The notes beneath the pieces were generated by a model, which saw only the letters and a program-made list of their open reading frames with translations, did not search any database and had not been told where the DNA came from. The translations under genes were made by a program, and so were the position numbers. DNA of 64,000 bases from a virus: IMG/VR virus record IMGVR_UViG_3300046171_000138; one strand, given 5' to 3'. Below are positions 31,364 to 39,922 of the stretch, piece by piece (position 1 is the first letter of the stretch; every line of letters starts with the position of its first letter).

Positions 31364-31527
31364 ATTGTTTTGAAGAAGCACTCAAGCACTTTGGAACAAG
31401 AGTAGAGATCATCACTGCTATGGAAATGGCAAAGAAAATATCACCTGAAGATGCCTATCAGATGATTAAGGATGAACTCAAAGAAGTTAAGTTATGCCGT
31501 AAACAATTCAAAAATAAGGACTGCTGA
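31348..31527 (+). CDS. Hypothetical protein (59 aa, not in ORF track)
   Basis: MYEELNCFEEALKHFGTRVEIITAMEMAKKISPEDAYQMIKDELKEVKLCRKQFKNKDC. Confidence 0.7.
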   Translation: MYEELNCFEEALKHFGTRVEIITAMEMAKKISPEDAYQMIKDELKEVKLCRKQFKNKDC

Positions 31528-31530
31528 ATC

Positions 31531-31761
31531 ATGTCACAACCACGCCAAAAAGATCCCTCCGATCCACTTTATGATGCAAATGATAAGTGGAATGAGTATA
31601 AGGTAGATCTGCATTGTAATGAAGAACACTCACCTGATGAGTGGGATCCTAATACAGAAGGTAAGATTGCTGATCCACAGAATCGTCACCAAGATAAGGT
31701 GCTAGATAAGTTCTGTGATGATCACCCTGGTTCCCCTATGTGTAAGGTATTCGATGACTGA
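31531..31761 (+). CDS. CP12-like protein (C-terminal CP12 motif only)
   Basis: Ends FCDDHPGSPMCKVFDD, matching the CP12 C-terminal CxxxPxxxxCxx(Y/F)DD. No AWD.VEEL motif is present. Confidence 0.55.
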   Translation: MSQPRQKDPSDPLYDANDKWNEYKVDLHCNEEHSPDEWDPNTEGKIADPQNRHQDKVLDKFCDDHPGSPMCKVFDD

Positions 31762-31939
31762 CGAAGAACTTAAGCAACAAAGACGACGTGATGCATTCAA
31801 TCTCTTTTATGAGAGTGTATTGAAGCCTGACAATAGACTTCGAGCATGTGCTCACAACCAAGAGTGCTACAATGAACTAATGGAGTGGCGATCTGATATC
31901 ATTTCGTATCTAGATGATAGAAGGAATCGTGAATTCTGA
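31754..31939 (+). CDS. Hypothetical protein
   Basis: MTDEELKQQRRRDAFNLFYESVLKPD..., with the start overlapping the previous stop. Confidence 0.65.
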   Translation: MTDEELKQQRRRDAFNLFYESVLKPDNRLRACAHNQECYNELMEWRSDIISYLDDRRNREF

Positions 31940-31968
31940 TCTATATACTCTAGTTTACATTTATTGCC

Positions 31969-32181
31969 ATGACTAAACATGACATGTTGATCGACTCCAT
32001 TAACCTAAAGCTGCACGAAGTGTTCAACATGGGCAGGACATTGGATGATAGTGATTGGGACGACGACACAGCATCACAAATCTCTCAACATATTCTAGAA
32101 TTGGTTGAGGATCACCAACAATCAAAGAAAACTAATTATGGAGTCCACAATGGACAGTACCAATGGAGAGCAAGTGACTGA
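31969..32181 (+). CDS. Hypothetical protein
   Basis: 70-aa ORF. Confidence 0.55.
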   Translation: MTKHDMLIDSINLKLHEVFNMGRTLDDSDWDDDTASQISQHILELVEDHQQSKKTNYGVHNGQYQWRASD

Positions 32182-32407
32182 AGTTATTGTACCCGAAGGT
32201 GCAGAACTTATTGATGAATGCTTCTACGTCTGGGAAACTAGGTATGGACTGTATTCTACGATGACAAAGGCAGGTCGCAACATGATGACTGGTGGCACTA
32301 AAGATGGTGTCTGTCTTATGACACGTTGGCATCTTAAGTGTGAGCAAGAGGGTACACTACATCTATACACTAGAGTTGTCAATAGTACCCAGGGCGTCAA
32401 GTTATGA
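32138..32407 (+). CDS. Hypothetical protein
   Basis: ORF with ATG at 32138, coupled to the next gene. Confidence 0.6.
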   Translation: MESTMDSTNGEQVTEVIVPEGAELIDECFYVWETRYGLYSTMTKAGRNMMTGGTKDGVCLMTRWHLKCEQEGTLHLYTRVVNSTQGVKL

Positions 32408-33102
32408 TGGAACAATTTAGTAATGATATAAGTGGTGAGACAGTAGAAATTGCTACTATACCTATCTTTGCAACGCCATTGATAGTTACTAAATTCCCAA
32501 AGCATGAATCATATGAATGGAAGTCATTTGATAGGGTAGTTAGAAAACCAGAGGTATGGTTTACTCCTCTCAATACATCATTCCCTAATATTAAGGAGGA
32601 TGATCCGTATATTGATAATGAGACTGCGGAGAATGTTAAGAGAGATGTGTTAGAGCATTGCAAGAAAGTCCTTGCTTGCTATAATATGCCAGCTGACATA
32701 CGATACAACGGCTTCTGGTATAATGCATACTATGAAGAACATGGTCAAGAACCACACGATCATTTGTCACCTGATAACTTAAACCCATACTGGTCTGGCA
32801 TATACTTTGCAAGCAATTGTTGTGAAGGACAGTTGACATTCCAGAAAACAGATCTTTCCATGCGTACACAGCAATTGTTTAAGCATAGTGATAGTAAGAT
32901 CTGTGACTATTACGAAGAACTCTGGACATCATACATTCATGATGGACATATATTGTTGTTCCCACCACATCTGAAACATGCTGTAAAGGTGGGTAAGGAG
33001 AATCGTAATAAGATGAGGTTGACATTCAGTTTTAATCTTGCTATTAATAGGAGTGCGTACTTACCTGATGAATATTTTCGTGACGAGTCAACATCCGACT
33101 GA
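32404..33102 (+). CDS. 2OG-Fe(II) oxygenase-like (TIGR02466-type) protein
   Basis: PIFATPL, WYNAY...QEPHDH, WSGIYF, LLFPPHLKHAV and RLTFSFN motifs. Confidence 0.82.
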   Translation: MMEQFSNDISGETVEIATIPIFATPLIVTKFPKHESYEWKSFDRVVRKPEVWFTPLNTSFPNIKEDDPYIDNETAENVKRDVLEHCKKVLACYNMPADIRYNGFWYNAYYEEHGQEPHDHLSPDNLNPYWSGIYFASNCCEGQLTFQKTDLSMRTQQLFKHSDSKICDYYEELWTSYIHDGHILLFPPHLKHAVKVGKENRNKMRLTFSFNLAINRSAYLPDEYFRDESTSD

Positions 33103-33580
33103 ATCAGCAGAGTGTTTACCTGACAAGCACATTGTCAAGATGCCATTAGAAACATGTCAGATGCTATCTATTGTATGCTCTGACAAGTGGGGTCATGGTT
33201 ATGGCACAATACCTAAAGCAGATGGTAATCCATATGCTACTGATAAAGGTGCATTCCGTAATCATCCTTGTACTAAATGGGCTAATGAGACTGTAGAGAA
33301 CTCTAGATGGTTGCTTGCTCATGGTATAGCATTATGTGAAGAGTATTTCAATCGATATGGTAAATGCCATACTTGTTTCAAGACTCTCCTTGTTGCTGAT
33401 GAGATCATTCCTTATGTTAAATGGGATAATCATACTCCATTTGTTCGTGCAATGCCTGAAGAGTACAAGTTTGATGATAGCATAGATACACTGACAGCAT
33501 ATAAAATGTATATTGCTTCTAAACCATGGGTATCTAGCAACTACCTACGACTACCGAACCGCAAACCTGACTGGATTTAA
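33068..33580 (+). CDS. denV: Pyrimidine-dimer DNA glycosylase (DenV/endonuclease V-like)
   Basis: MNIFVT..P.ESAECLPDKHIVKMPLETCQMLS, HPCTKWA...N..WL..HG..LC.EY..RYGK.H, and TPFVRAMPEEYK. Confidence 0.75.
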   Translation: MNIFVTSQHPTESAECLPDKHIVKMPLETCQMLSIVCSDKWGHGYGTIPKADGNPYATDKGAFRNHPCTKWANETVENSRWLLAHGIALCEEYFNRYGKCHTCFKTLLVADEIIPYVKWDNHTPFVRAMPEEYKFDDSIDTLTAYKMYIASKPWVSSNYLRLPNRKPDWI

Positions 33581-33723
33581 TGAAATATATTGTTCCTGTT
33601 GATGATGAAGGTGTGCTTACATTTCCTGATGAACTCATGGATAAATTAGATTGGCATCCAGGTGACACACTATTGTGGATAGATAACAAAGATGGATCAT
33701 TTACACTAAAGAAAGAAAACTAA
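33580..33723 (+). CDS. AbrB/MazE/SpoVT-like small DNA-binding protein (47 aa)
   Basis: MKYIVPVDDEGVLTFPDELMDKLDWHPGDTLLWIDNKDGSFTLKKEN fits the swapped-hairpin pattern. It has TAATG overlaps at both ends. Confidence 0.7.
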   Translation: MKYIVPVDDEGVLTFPDELMDKLDWHPGDTLLWIDNKDGSFTLKKEN

Positions 33724-33944
33724 TGGCACTATCAAAATCAGTTGAAGACTCACTAGATGAAGCAGAGTCTAACCTACGTAATGCATTGTCATATGCTGCA
33801 AGACAAGAGAAACCTTTCATTTGTAATGCTATTGCAGAGATGATCAGCAAGATTGACTCAATGAAACAAATGGATAGCATCATGGATAAGCTTGATAACC
33901 GTAACTTTGGAGATAGTGGAACATGGGGACCAATCGTAGAGTAG
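33723..33944 (+). CDS. Hypothetical protein
   Basis: MALSKSVEDSLDEAESNLRNALSYAARQEKP... Confidence 0.7.
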   Translation: MALSKSVEDSLDEAESNLRNALSYAARQEKPFICNAIAEMISKIDSMKQMDSIMDKLDNRNFGDSGTWGPIVE

Positions 33945-34096
33945 AGATCGAACTAGGATCAGACTTACAGGATGAGTATGAGTATTGGTTAGAAGCGAAG
34001 CGATCATTATGTACAGAACGCAGCATCAATTCATTTCTCAATTTCATATCAGTATATGGCACACACAACAACCCAAAAGACCCTGACAAAGCGTGA
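33923..34096 (+). CDS. Possible hypothetical protein
   Basis: ...VEIELGSDLQDEYEYWLEAKRSL...; the start is uncertain and it overlaps both neighbours. Confidence 0.4.
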   Translation: MGTNRRVEIELGSDLQDEYEYWLEAKRSLCTERSINSFLNFISVYGTHNNPKDPDKA

Positions 34097-34259
34097 AGCA
34101 GTGTGGATCTGCAGACGCATGATCAAGGTGTGGCATAAAGAATTGCGTGGAGATGCATCAGGTAAGCAATTATACTGGTCATTTTTCCTTGACACACTAC
34201 ACAATTGTGGTAGAATATCTGATGAAGACCACGCAACATGGCAATGTCCATTCAAGTAA
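34056..34259 (+). CDS. Hypothetical protein
   Basis: 67-aa ORF. Confidence 0.55.
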   Translation: MAHTTTQKTLTKREAVWICRRMIKVWHKELRGDASGKQLYWSFFLDTLHNCGRISDEDHATWQCPFK

Positions 34260-34426
34260 CACTGACCAAAGAAGAACTAAACATCATTTGGAGCGCACTA
34301 CAATACATGACACGCGGACAAGAGAGTGTTGTCACGACAAAGTATGGTAGTGTCTCCGAGTTGGCACAAAGAATTGACTTCTACCTGTCTACAGGAAGAC
34401 ATGGGAAAGATCTAGACCTGCTGTGA
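34238..34426 (+). CDS. Hypothetical protein
   Basis: 62-aa ORF. Confidence 0.5.
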   Translation: MAMSIQVTLTKEELNIIWSALQYMTRGQESVVTTKYGSVSELAQRIDFYLSTGRHGKDLDLL

Positions 34427-34480
34427 CAGTATACAAACCGCCACACATCAGCTCGCCACGCACTCGTTGCGCTCTACAAT
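34422..34480 (+). promoter_or_regulatory. Early promoter with two-block motif
   Basis: GTGACA-GTATACA-AACCGCCAC, with -10 TACAAT at 34475. Confidence 0.65.
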
Positions 34481-34506
34481 ATGCAAGTACACAACAGGAG
34501 CACCCT

Positions 34507-34653
34507 ATGTGGGATGAGATCAACGACATGGAAGGCGAAATCTTCGATCGTTTAGACGTTGATGATGATCTTCCCTCCATTCTGTCGCTCACTGATGAAG
34601 ACATTAATCAGTTGATTGACGAGCACGAAGCAAACACTGACGACAACAACTGA
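34507..34653 (+). CDS. Small acidic hypothetical protein
   Basis: MWDEINDMEGEIFDRLDV..., downstream of the promoter. Confidence 0.6.
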   Translation: MWDEINDMEGEIFDRLDVDDDLPSILSLTDEDINQLIDEHEANTDDNN

Positions 34654-34655
34654 TC

Positions 34656-34817
34656 ATGCAAAAGTACGAACTCACCATTCAATCTAACAGTGGAAAATTT
34701 CTTCAACGACACATCGTTTCTCGACAAACTGCACAAACTGTCTGCGATTTCGTCAAATACAACGGATACCAAAACTACGCCGATGTTAAACTCATCGTCG
34801 CAGAATGCTGCTATTGA
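34656..34817 (+). CDS. Small hypothetical protein
   Basis: MQKYELTIQSNSGKFLQRH..., 53 aa. Confidence 0.45.
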   Translation: MQKYELTIQSNSGKFLQRHIVSRQTAQTVCDFVKYNGYQNYADVKLIVAECCY

Positions 34818-34944
34818 TGAACCTGATGTATTTGCCATGGCATTAGAATCTCGTGCAGCATATTATGAAGTGACAGTGGATTATTACATTGAAGAGTTTC
34901 TTCTGTAGTATACATATCAATGAATAATTCACAAGTATTCATCC

Positions 34945-35088
34945 ATGACTGATATCGAACAATCCATGGTAGATGAGATGAAATCACTCATCAAAGATCA
35001 CGCAGACACGATCAACGATCAAGCTGCTTACATCGAAGAACTGCAACAACAAATGTCCGACATGCACGATAGATTCTATGACTGCTGA
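34945..35088 (+). CDS. Small coiled-coil hypothetical protein
   Basis: MTDIEQSMVDEMKSLIKDH..., 47 aa. Confidence 0.5.
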   Translation: MTDIEQSMVDEMKSLIKDHADTINDQAAYIEELQQQMSDMHDRFYDC

Positions 35089-35347
35089 TGTTATTCATGA
35101 CCTTGATTCACACCTAGACAGTGGTCATGTGTGGAGACTTGAACTCGAACAAGAGTGGCAAGATGATCAAGCAGAACCACCTAATGGTGTGTATACTGTC
35201 TGCAACTCACGTCATCGCACCAAATCAGAGAGTCTAGCAATGTATATTGCTCACACACTATATCCTGACATTTCATTCATCACGATGACAGATCAACCAT
35301 GTACGAGAGACAACTATGTATCCAGTAGGGACAGAAGTAGAGTATGA
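35078..35347 (+). CDS. Hypothetical protein
   Basis: 89-aa ORF. Confidence 0.55.
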   Translation: MTADVIHDLDSHLDSGHVWRLELEQEWQDDQAEPPNGVYTVCNSRHRTKSESLAMYIAHTLYPDISFITMTDQPCTRDNYVSSRDRSRV

Positions 35348-35613
35348 TGGATACTATGGTGTTGTGACCTTCAACTATGAAGATAAACAATGCACCATAT
35401 GCATCAAAGTCTGTACCTGATGACATCCCTAGATCAGTCTGTCTCGTAGTAACGAAACAAAACTTTCACAAAATTCACCTCATCAACGGAAACCGAAGCG
35501 ATTCTTGACATCATGGAACAATACAACTTTGAAATGGGTAACTACGAAGGCGACTGGACAGATGATCCAGCAGTTCGGGAGTCTATCTTGCGTGATGCAG
35601 CCGAGCAGGTGCT

Positions 35614-35673
35614 GTGGGACAGTATCGAAACTGTACCACCAGAACTGGACGAGTTCTGACCACAGACTATACT
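35614..35673 (+). promoter_or_regulatory. Early promoter with two-block motif
   Basis: GGGACA-GTATCGA-AACTGTACC, with -10 TATACT at 35668. Confidence 0.6.
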
Positions 35674-35674
35674 G

Positions 35675-35941
35675 ATGCTATCAACACCAGAACAAATGCT
35701 GATTGACACCCAACTGCTCTCCGTCATCGAGTCCCTCCAGGATGCCCTGCAAGTGGGTGAGAATGCTACTAACCTAGATTCCCCTGTAGACTCTGATGGA
35801 GACGCTCTGAAGGACTGTCTAGACGACTCTCCTGCTCCTTCGTATGCATATGCATATGGTTGGACTGCTGCTAGCATCAAATCTGCGTTGTTTTCACTCG
35901 AAACTATTCGTACACAACTTATCAACGCGAAAACAATGTGA
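35675..35941 (+). CDS. Hypothetical protein (start possibly 35697)
   Basis: ORF downstream of the promoter. Confidence 0.6.
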   Translation: MLSTPEQMLIDTQLLSVIESLQDALQVGENATNLDSPVDSDGDALKDCLDDSPAPSYAYAYGWTAASIKSALFSLETIRTQLINAKTM

Positions 35942-36285
35942 ACAATCATCATTTAGACAGACACCTAACACAAGATCAGATAAACAGTGCCGCTCACGAG
36001 CAGGTTGATAATTTCTTTGAAAGTAATGATAAGTTTATCTTGCCTGAAGATCCCCTGTTTAAATATGATCCTGTATACCTCCCTCATCGTAAGTGTCAAT
36101 GTTGTGATCATGATAAGTTCTTCCTAGAATATCATTACAAACGTTGGGATACAGGAAAGAAGAGATTGTCTCACTTTGGTCTGCTACGTTGTGATAAATG
36201 TGGTTCAGCTATTACATGGGTGAACGGAGACCTACGTGATGCACTTATCGAAAGAAACAACATTAACATAGCAGAGATAGACTAA
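35938..36285 (+). CDS. Zn-ribbon-like hypothetical protein
   Basis: CQCC...CDKC cysteine pairs. Confidence 0.6.
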   Translation: MNNHHLDRHLTQDQINSAAHEQVDNFFESNDKFILPEDPLFKYDPVYLPHRKCQCCDHDKFFLEYHYKRWDTGKKRLSHFGLLRCDKCGSAITWVNGDLRDALIERNNINIAEID

Positions 36286-36500
36286 TGAAACTCGATAGTA
36301 AAGCGAGAGTTGTAGGCAGTGTTGGAGTCATCACTGCCTATTTTATTATCTTGCATGTGAATGTAATCACTGGTGTGGTGTTAAATTGTATTGCTGATGT
36401 GATCAGCATTCCATACTTCATCAGGACAAAATCATGGGACGTGGTGATCATGGTAGTGTTCTTGCTCATGATCAGCATGTCCAAGCTGACCACCTCTTGA
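36285..36500 (+). CDS. Small membrane protein
   Basis: Two to three hydrophobic segments and a PYFIRTKSWDVVIM motif. Confidence 0.7.
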   Translation: MKLDSKARVVGSVGVITAYFIILHVNVITGVVLNCIADVISIPYFIRTKSWDVVIMVVFLLMISMSKLTTS

Positions 36501-36543
36501 AGTGTCCACTATTGTGGCACAGCACCCCATAACCGTGTATATT
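36485..36543 (+). promoter_or_regulatory. Early promoter with two-block motif
   Basis: TGACCA-CCTCTTG-AAGTGTCCA, with -10 TATATT at 36538. Confidence 0.65.
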
Positions 36544-36567
36544 AAGAGAGTCAACGCAATGCACCCC

Positions 36568-36810
36568 ATGACAGTCCAAGTCGTCAAGCACTCTCACTAC
36601 AAGATCGAGATCGACACCAAGGATCTCTCGTTTCCAATCGTGTATTTCCGTAAAGAAGGCAAGTGTAAGACTGCCAAGGGCATGGAGCGTCAGCACGAAC
36701 GCATCGTGAGCGAGGTTATCGAGGACTGGCGTCAGTTTGACAGTCAGATCAAGCGTTTCACTGTCTCCCGTGTGCCAGCAGACGAAGTGCCCACCAACTT
36801 GTCGAAATAG
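36568..36810 (+). CDS. Hypothetical protein
   Basis: MTVQVVKHSHYKIEIDT..., downstream of the promoter. Confidence 0.65.
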   Translation: MTVQVVKHSHYKIEIDTKDLSFPIVYFRKEGKCKTAKGMERQHERIVSEVIEDWRQFDSQIKRFTVSRVPADEVPTNLSK

Positions 36811-36830
36811 GGCACCAGATGCCCTATACT
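36772..36830 (+). promoter_or_regulatory. Early promoter with two-block motif
   Basis: GTGCCA-GCAGACG-AAGTGCCCA, with -10 TATACT at 36825. Confidence 0.7.
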
Positions 36831-36856
36831 TAATTCATCAGCAACCAACCCACACC

Positions 36857-37108
36857 ATGCAACTCACAAACAACGTCTGCACTGTTGACTTCTTTCCCGA
36901 GGCATTCATTGCTGAAGGTGACAACGTGATCGTCAAGCGTTTCCAGAAGCGTGTTACATTCAACAATGGCACTAAATCTTACAGCACTGTGACTATGTTG
37001 ACAGCACAGAATGAGTGGGAGACACGTATCGCTAACGGTGCTACAGTTAATGGATACAACATGTCACAAATGCCACGCTCCGAGTATGCTCCAATGGCAG
37101 TAGGTTGA
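36857..37108 (+). CDS. Hypothetical protein
   Basis: MQLTNNVCTVDFFPEAFIAE..., downstream of the promoter. Confidence 0.7.
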   Translation: MQLTNNVCTVDFFPEAFIAEGDNVIVKRFQKRVTFNNGTKSYSTVTMLTAQNEWETRIANGATVNGYNMSQMPRSEYAPMAVG

Positions 37109-37173
37109 TCCGAGGGTTTATATAATTGTGTCTCCAGCCGCGAGACCTTCCCTCATTCTTTTCTTTCTTCATC

Positions 37174-37347
37174 ATGCTTTTCGATCTCCCAGTTTACAAG
37201 AAACAACTTCCACAAGTATGGTTGGAGGATGGTAAGTTTATCATCGAATCTGACTCGTTTCGTTATGTGATTGAAGATGACTTAAAACTATTGTTTAAGT
37301 TGTGCCGTCGTTTTAAGTCTGATGCTATCACTCAAACTTATGAGTAA
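37174..37347 (+). CDS. Hypothetical protein
   Basis: MLFDLPVYKKQLPQVWLEDG... Confidence 0.6.
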   Translation: MLFDLPVYKKQLPQVWLEDGKFIIESDSFRYVIEDDLKLLFKLCRRFKSDAITQTYE

Positions 37348-37480
37348 GTCAAACTTCATTCAATACTCACTCGCATTTGTTGTCACGATCTTTGCAATGT
37401 CATCTTATTTGATGTTCCTTGCTCATCGTGACACACAGATGATGAACTACTACAACTCAACCATTCAGAAAACAAAATGA
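37340..37480 (+). CDS. Small single-TM protein
   Basis: MSKSNFIQYSLAFVVTIFAMSSYLMFLAHRD..., 46 aa. Confidence 0.5.
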   Translation: MSKSNFIQYSLAFVVTIFAMSSYLMFLAHRDTQMMNYYNSTIQKTK

Positions 37481-37568
37481 CAGTGAACGTACAACAGTGG
37501 GCAGCATATCTTCACTGGTTAGATGACTGTGAGTCAGGCTATGAGATGTTGTTAGTGTTAGATGCTGT

Positions 37569-37865
37569 ATGACATTACCAACTGATTTCCCATACACAGC
37601 ACCAAAGCATTATTATTATGAATGTGAAGATTTCAAATCTAATGTGGTTGCTATATGGCTTTGTAACACTCAAAGTTATTCTTATAGCACTGATAGTCCT
37701 ATTCGTACCATCTGGGGATTCGTCAAGTTCAAGCGAACAAAGAGAAGCACTACGCACACTTACCATGCCCCCATCAACTCAAATAAGGTAGGTAAAGAGG
37801 TGTCGTTAAATAACACCACGGCATGGAGTGCAATGCCATTACTCAAATCATATGTAAGCACATGA
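37569..37865 (+). CDS. Hypothetical protein
   Basis: MTLPTDFPYTAP...IWLCN...TIWGFVK...YHAPINSNKVG. Confidence 0.7.
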   Translation: MTLPTDFPYTAPKHYYYECEDFKSNVVAIWLCNTQSYSYSTDSPIRTIWGFVKFKRTKRSTTHTYHAPINSNKVGKEVSLNNTTAWSAMPLLKSYVST

Positions 37866-38245
37866 ATGTAGAAGACGATCCAAATACTTATCGTACTCCT
37901 GGACTCTATGATGATCCTACAGTACATCAGCAATCACCACTCGAAAGACTGATCCTATCATTGTTTGAGAAGTTGAAGTGGGAACTTGATGATGACATTG
38001 AGATCACAATTTCAGGTAGTCAGACATCAGGTATTGATCAACCTGAAGGATACAATAAGAAATGGTCAACACCTCTTGGTGAGGTAAAGTATAATCATGA
38101 TGCATTCATTGTGATTAAGAACCGTGATCGTAGTCCTTTTGTACCATCAGTCGCACCACTACCATCACAACAGGGTGATAATCCTGAAATGATTCAACCA
38201 ACTGAAACCAATGACACTGACTTACAGCAAGGAACAACTGATTGA
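37862..38245 (+). CDS. Hypothetical protein
   Basis: ATGA-coupled ORF containing KYNHDAFIVIKNRDR. Confidence 0.65.
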   Translation: MNVEDDPNTYRTPGLYDDPTVHQQSPLERLILSLFEKLKWELDDDIEITISGSQTSGIDQPEGYNKKWSTPLGEVKYNHDAFIVIKNRDRSPFVPSVAPLPSQQGDNPEMIQPTETNDTDLQQGTTD

Positions 38246-38417
38246 TGCACTCGTGCATGAGTGGGACTATCTTTGTCATGATGATTACGATCCTGATGAT
38301 GACACACCAGAGGAGTATCGTCTGAAGTTAGAGTTACTCACTGTGGAAGAATTGGTAGAAGAAACATCAACTGGTGAAGGTTACACACTGGATGAGTTCA
38401 TGGACAATCATGGGTGA
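38211..38417 (+). CDS. Acidic hypothetical protein
   Basis: YSKEQLIDALVHEWDYLCHDDYDP... Confidence 0.7.
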   Translation: MTLTYSKEQLIDALVHEWDYLCHDDYDPDDDTPEEYRLKLELLTVEELVEETSTGEGYTLDEFMDNHG

Positions 38418-38470
38418 CAGTTCAAGAACTGGTCAGAACGCTTGACAGTGACCCCATAGGGCTGTATATT
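38412..38470 (+). promoter_or_regulatory. Early promoter with two-block motif
   Basis: GTGACA-GTTCAAG-AACTGGTCA, then TTGACA(38442)-17 bp-TATATT(38465). Confidence 0.8.
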
Positions 38471-38494
38471 AAGAGAGTCAAAGGAACACATCCA

Positions 38495-38668
38495 ATGCTC
38501 GTCTCCGAATACTACATGATCAGTGCTGTCACTCCTGAAGATGGTGAGGTAAGTTATGAGACGATTGATCAGCAGTTGGCACGTAGCATACATTCTGAAT
38601 TGCTCGGTCGTCAACTGAATCAGGACGGTACGCATAGTGTCACAGTCCGTGTGCCAACACGCTCCTGA
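38495..38668 (+). CDS. Small hypothetical protein
   Basis: MLVSEYYMISAVTPEDGEV..., downstream of the promoter. Confidence 0.55.
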   Translation: MLVSEYYMISAVTPEDGEVSYETIDQQLARSIHSELLGRQLNQDGTHSVTVRVPTRS

Positions 38669-38679
38669 TCCATTATACT
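38622..38679 (+). promoter_or_regulatory. Early promoter with two-block motif
   Basis: AGGACG-GTACGCA-TAGTGTCAC, then GTGCCA-17 bp-TATACT(38674). Confidence 0.7.
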
Positions 38680-38700
38680 AAACACATCAGCAAGGCATTC

Positions 38701-39159
38701 ATGACCACCACACCAATGAACAAAGAGTTTTCTGACTATTGTGCTCAACGTGACGCACAGAATAGTATTCAACTCAACATCACCAAGTATTGCTTTGAGT
38801 TATGTAATGCACTCTTGACAAACTATATCAATGAATCGATTCGTCGTCATGAGTTCTTGATGCCATCATCTGATAAGCAAGAGTATCATGCTGCATGTAT
38901 TGCAGATTTACAAGATGGTAATTGTGGTTATGAGTTTACTGTTGACACTGGTCGTAAGTATCACAAGATCATGATGCATACTGGTGGTACTAAATCAGTA
39001 CATGCATTTGTTGATCGTAAGACTGGTGAAGTATACAAACCAGCAAGTATCAAAGCACCTGCCAAGGGAGTACGATTCAATATGCTCATTCTTTCACAAC
39101 GTAATTGGTTGTTAGAGAATGCTGATTGGGCTGGTGGTTATCTGTACCGCAGGGGTTGA
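38701..39159 (+). CDS. Conserved T4-like phage early hypothetical protein
   Basis: TGRKYHKI...SVHAFVDRKTGEVYKPASIKAPAKGVRFN...ADWAGGYLY. Confidence 0.8.
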   Translation: MTTTPMNKEFSDYCAQRDAQNSIQLNITKYCFELCNALLTNYINESIRRHEFLMPSSDKQEYHAACIADLQDGNCGYEFTVDTGRKYHKIMMHTGGTKSVHAFVDRKTGEVYKPASIKAPAKGVRFNMLILSQRNWLLENADWAGGYLYRRG

Positions 39160-39184
39160 CATTCAACTCAATACATAGTATACT
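39156..39184 (+). promoter_or_regulatory. sigma70-like promoter
   Basis: TTGACA-17 bp-TATACT. Confidence 0.8.
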
Positions 39185-39199
39185 CACTTCAGTTCACTC

Positions 39200-39427
39200 A
39201 TGACCACGATGGAATCCGATTTCATGTATGTTGTCGTTAATGGCGAAGCAATCATGTTAGAGAACGGCACCACAACTACTTACCTAGTTGATGATGACGG
39301 TACAATTGACTGGGATAGTCACGATACTCTTGATTGGGAGGATATGCTACCTGAAGAGTATAAACTGTACAAGGCAGCATATGATTTCCTTGCTACGTAC
39401 AACAACACTTACATGTATACCAAATGA
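39200..39427 (+). CDS. Hypothetical protein
   Basis: 75-aa ORF downstream of the promoter. Confidence 0.65.
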   Translation: MTTMESDFMYVVVNGEAIMLENGTTTTYLVDDDGTIDWDSHDTLDWEDMLPEEYKLYKAAYDFLATYNNTYMYTK

Positions 39428-39651
39428 ATCTCGTCACTGAACACGTTCTAGAACTGCTAGAACCCATCACCGAAGAACTGAAGGTCAAACCAAGACTTGA
39501 TATCTCTGACAGGGAATATCAACTGTTCTGGCGTTATCATGGTCACTATCCTGCCGAGTTTGCTGCTGCTCTGATGAAAGCATTACCTGAAGGTTATACT
39601 TTCGTTGAGTATGATCACTTGAATAACAAACTCACTACCACTCATGAATAA
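39424..39651 (+). CDS. Hypothetical protein
   Basis: ATGA-coupled ORF. Confidence 0.65.
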   Translation: MNLVTEHVLELLEPITEELKVKPRLDISDREYQLFWRYHGHYPAEFAAALMKALPEGYTFVEYDHLNNKLTTTHE

Positions 39652-39922
39652 AGCACTCCAAGAACAACTCTCCAGACAAATGGATATGATCATGGAGAAT
39701 CGACTACGACGATTCAAGTTTCTCATACGTAAAGATCGTATGGAAGATGCTTTCTCTATTGCTGATGAGTTCTATGAGTGGATGCATCCTGATCACCAAG
39801 ATGATGATGACCTGATTGTGTATTACAATGAAGAAGAACTCGAAGCCCTCTACTACCAAAAGAAAGTCCAAAGCCTCTCCGAAGATCTTGAAGATTACGG
39901 ATCGGCGGAAGAACATTACTGA
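39644..39922 (+). CDS. Hypothetical protein
   Basis: Coupled ORF with an acidic C-terminus. Confidence 0.6.
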   Translation: MNKALQEQLSRQMDMIMENRLRRFKFLIRKDRMEDAFSIADEFYEWMHPDHQDDDDLIVYYNEEELEALYYQKKVQSLSEDLEDYGSAEEHY

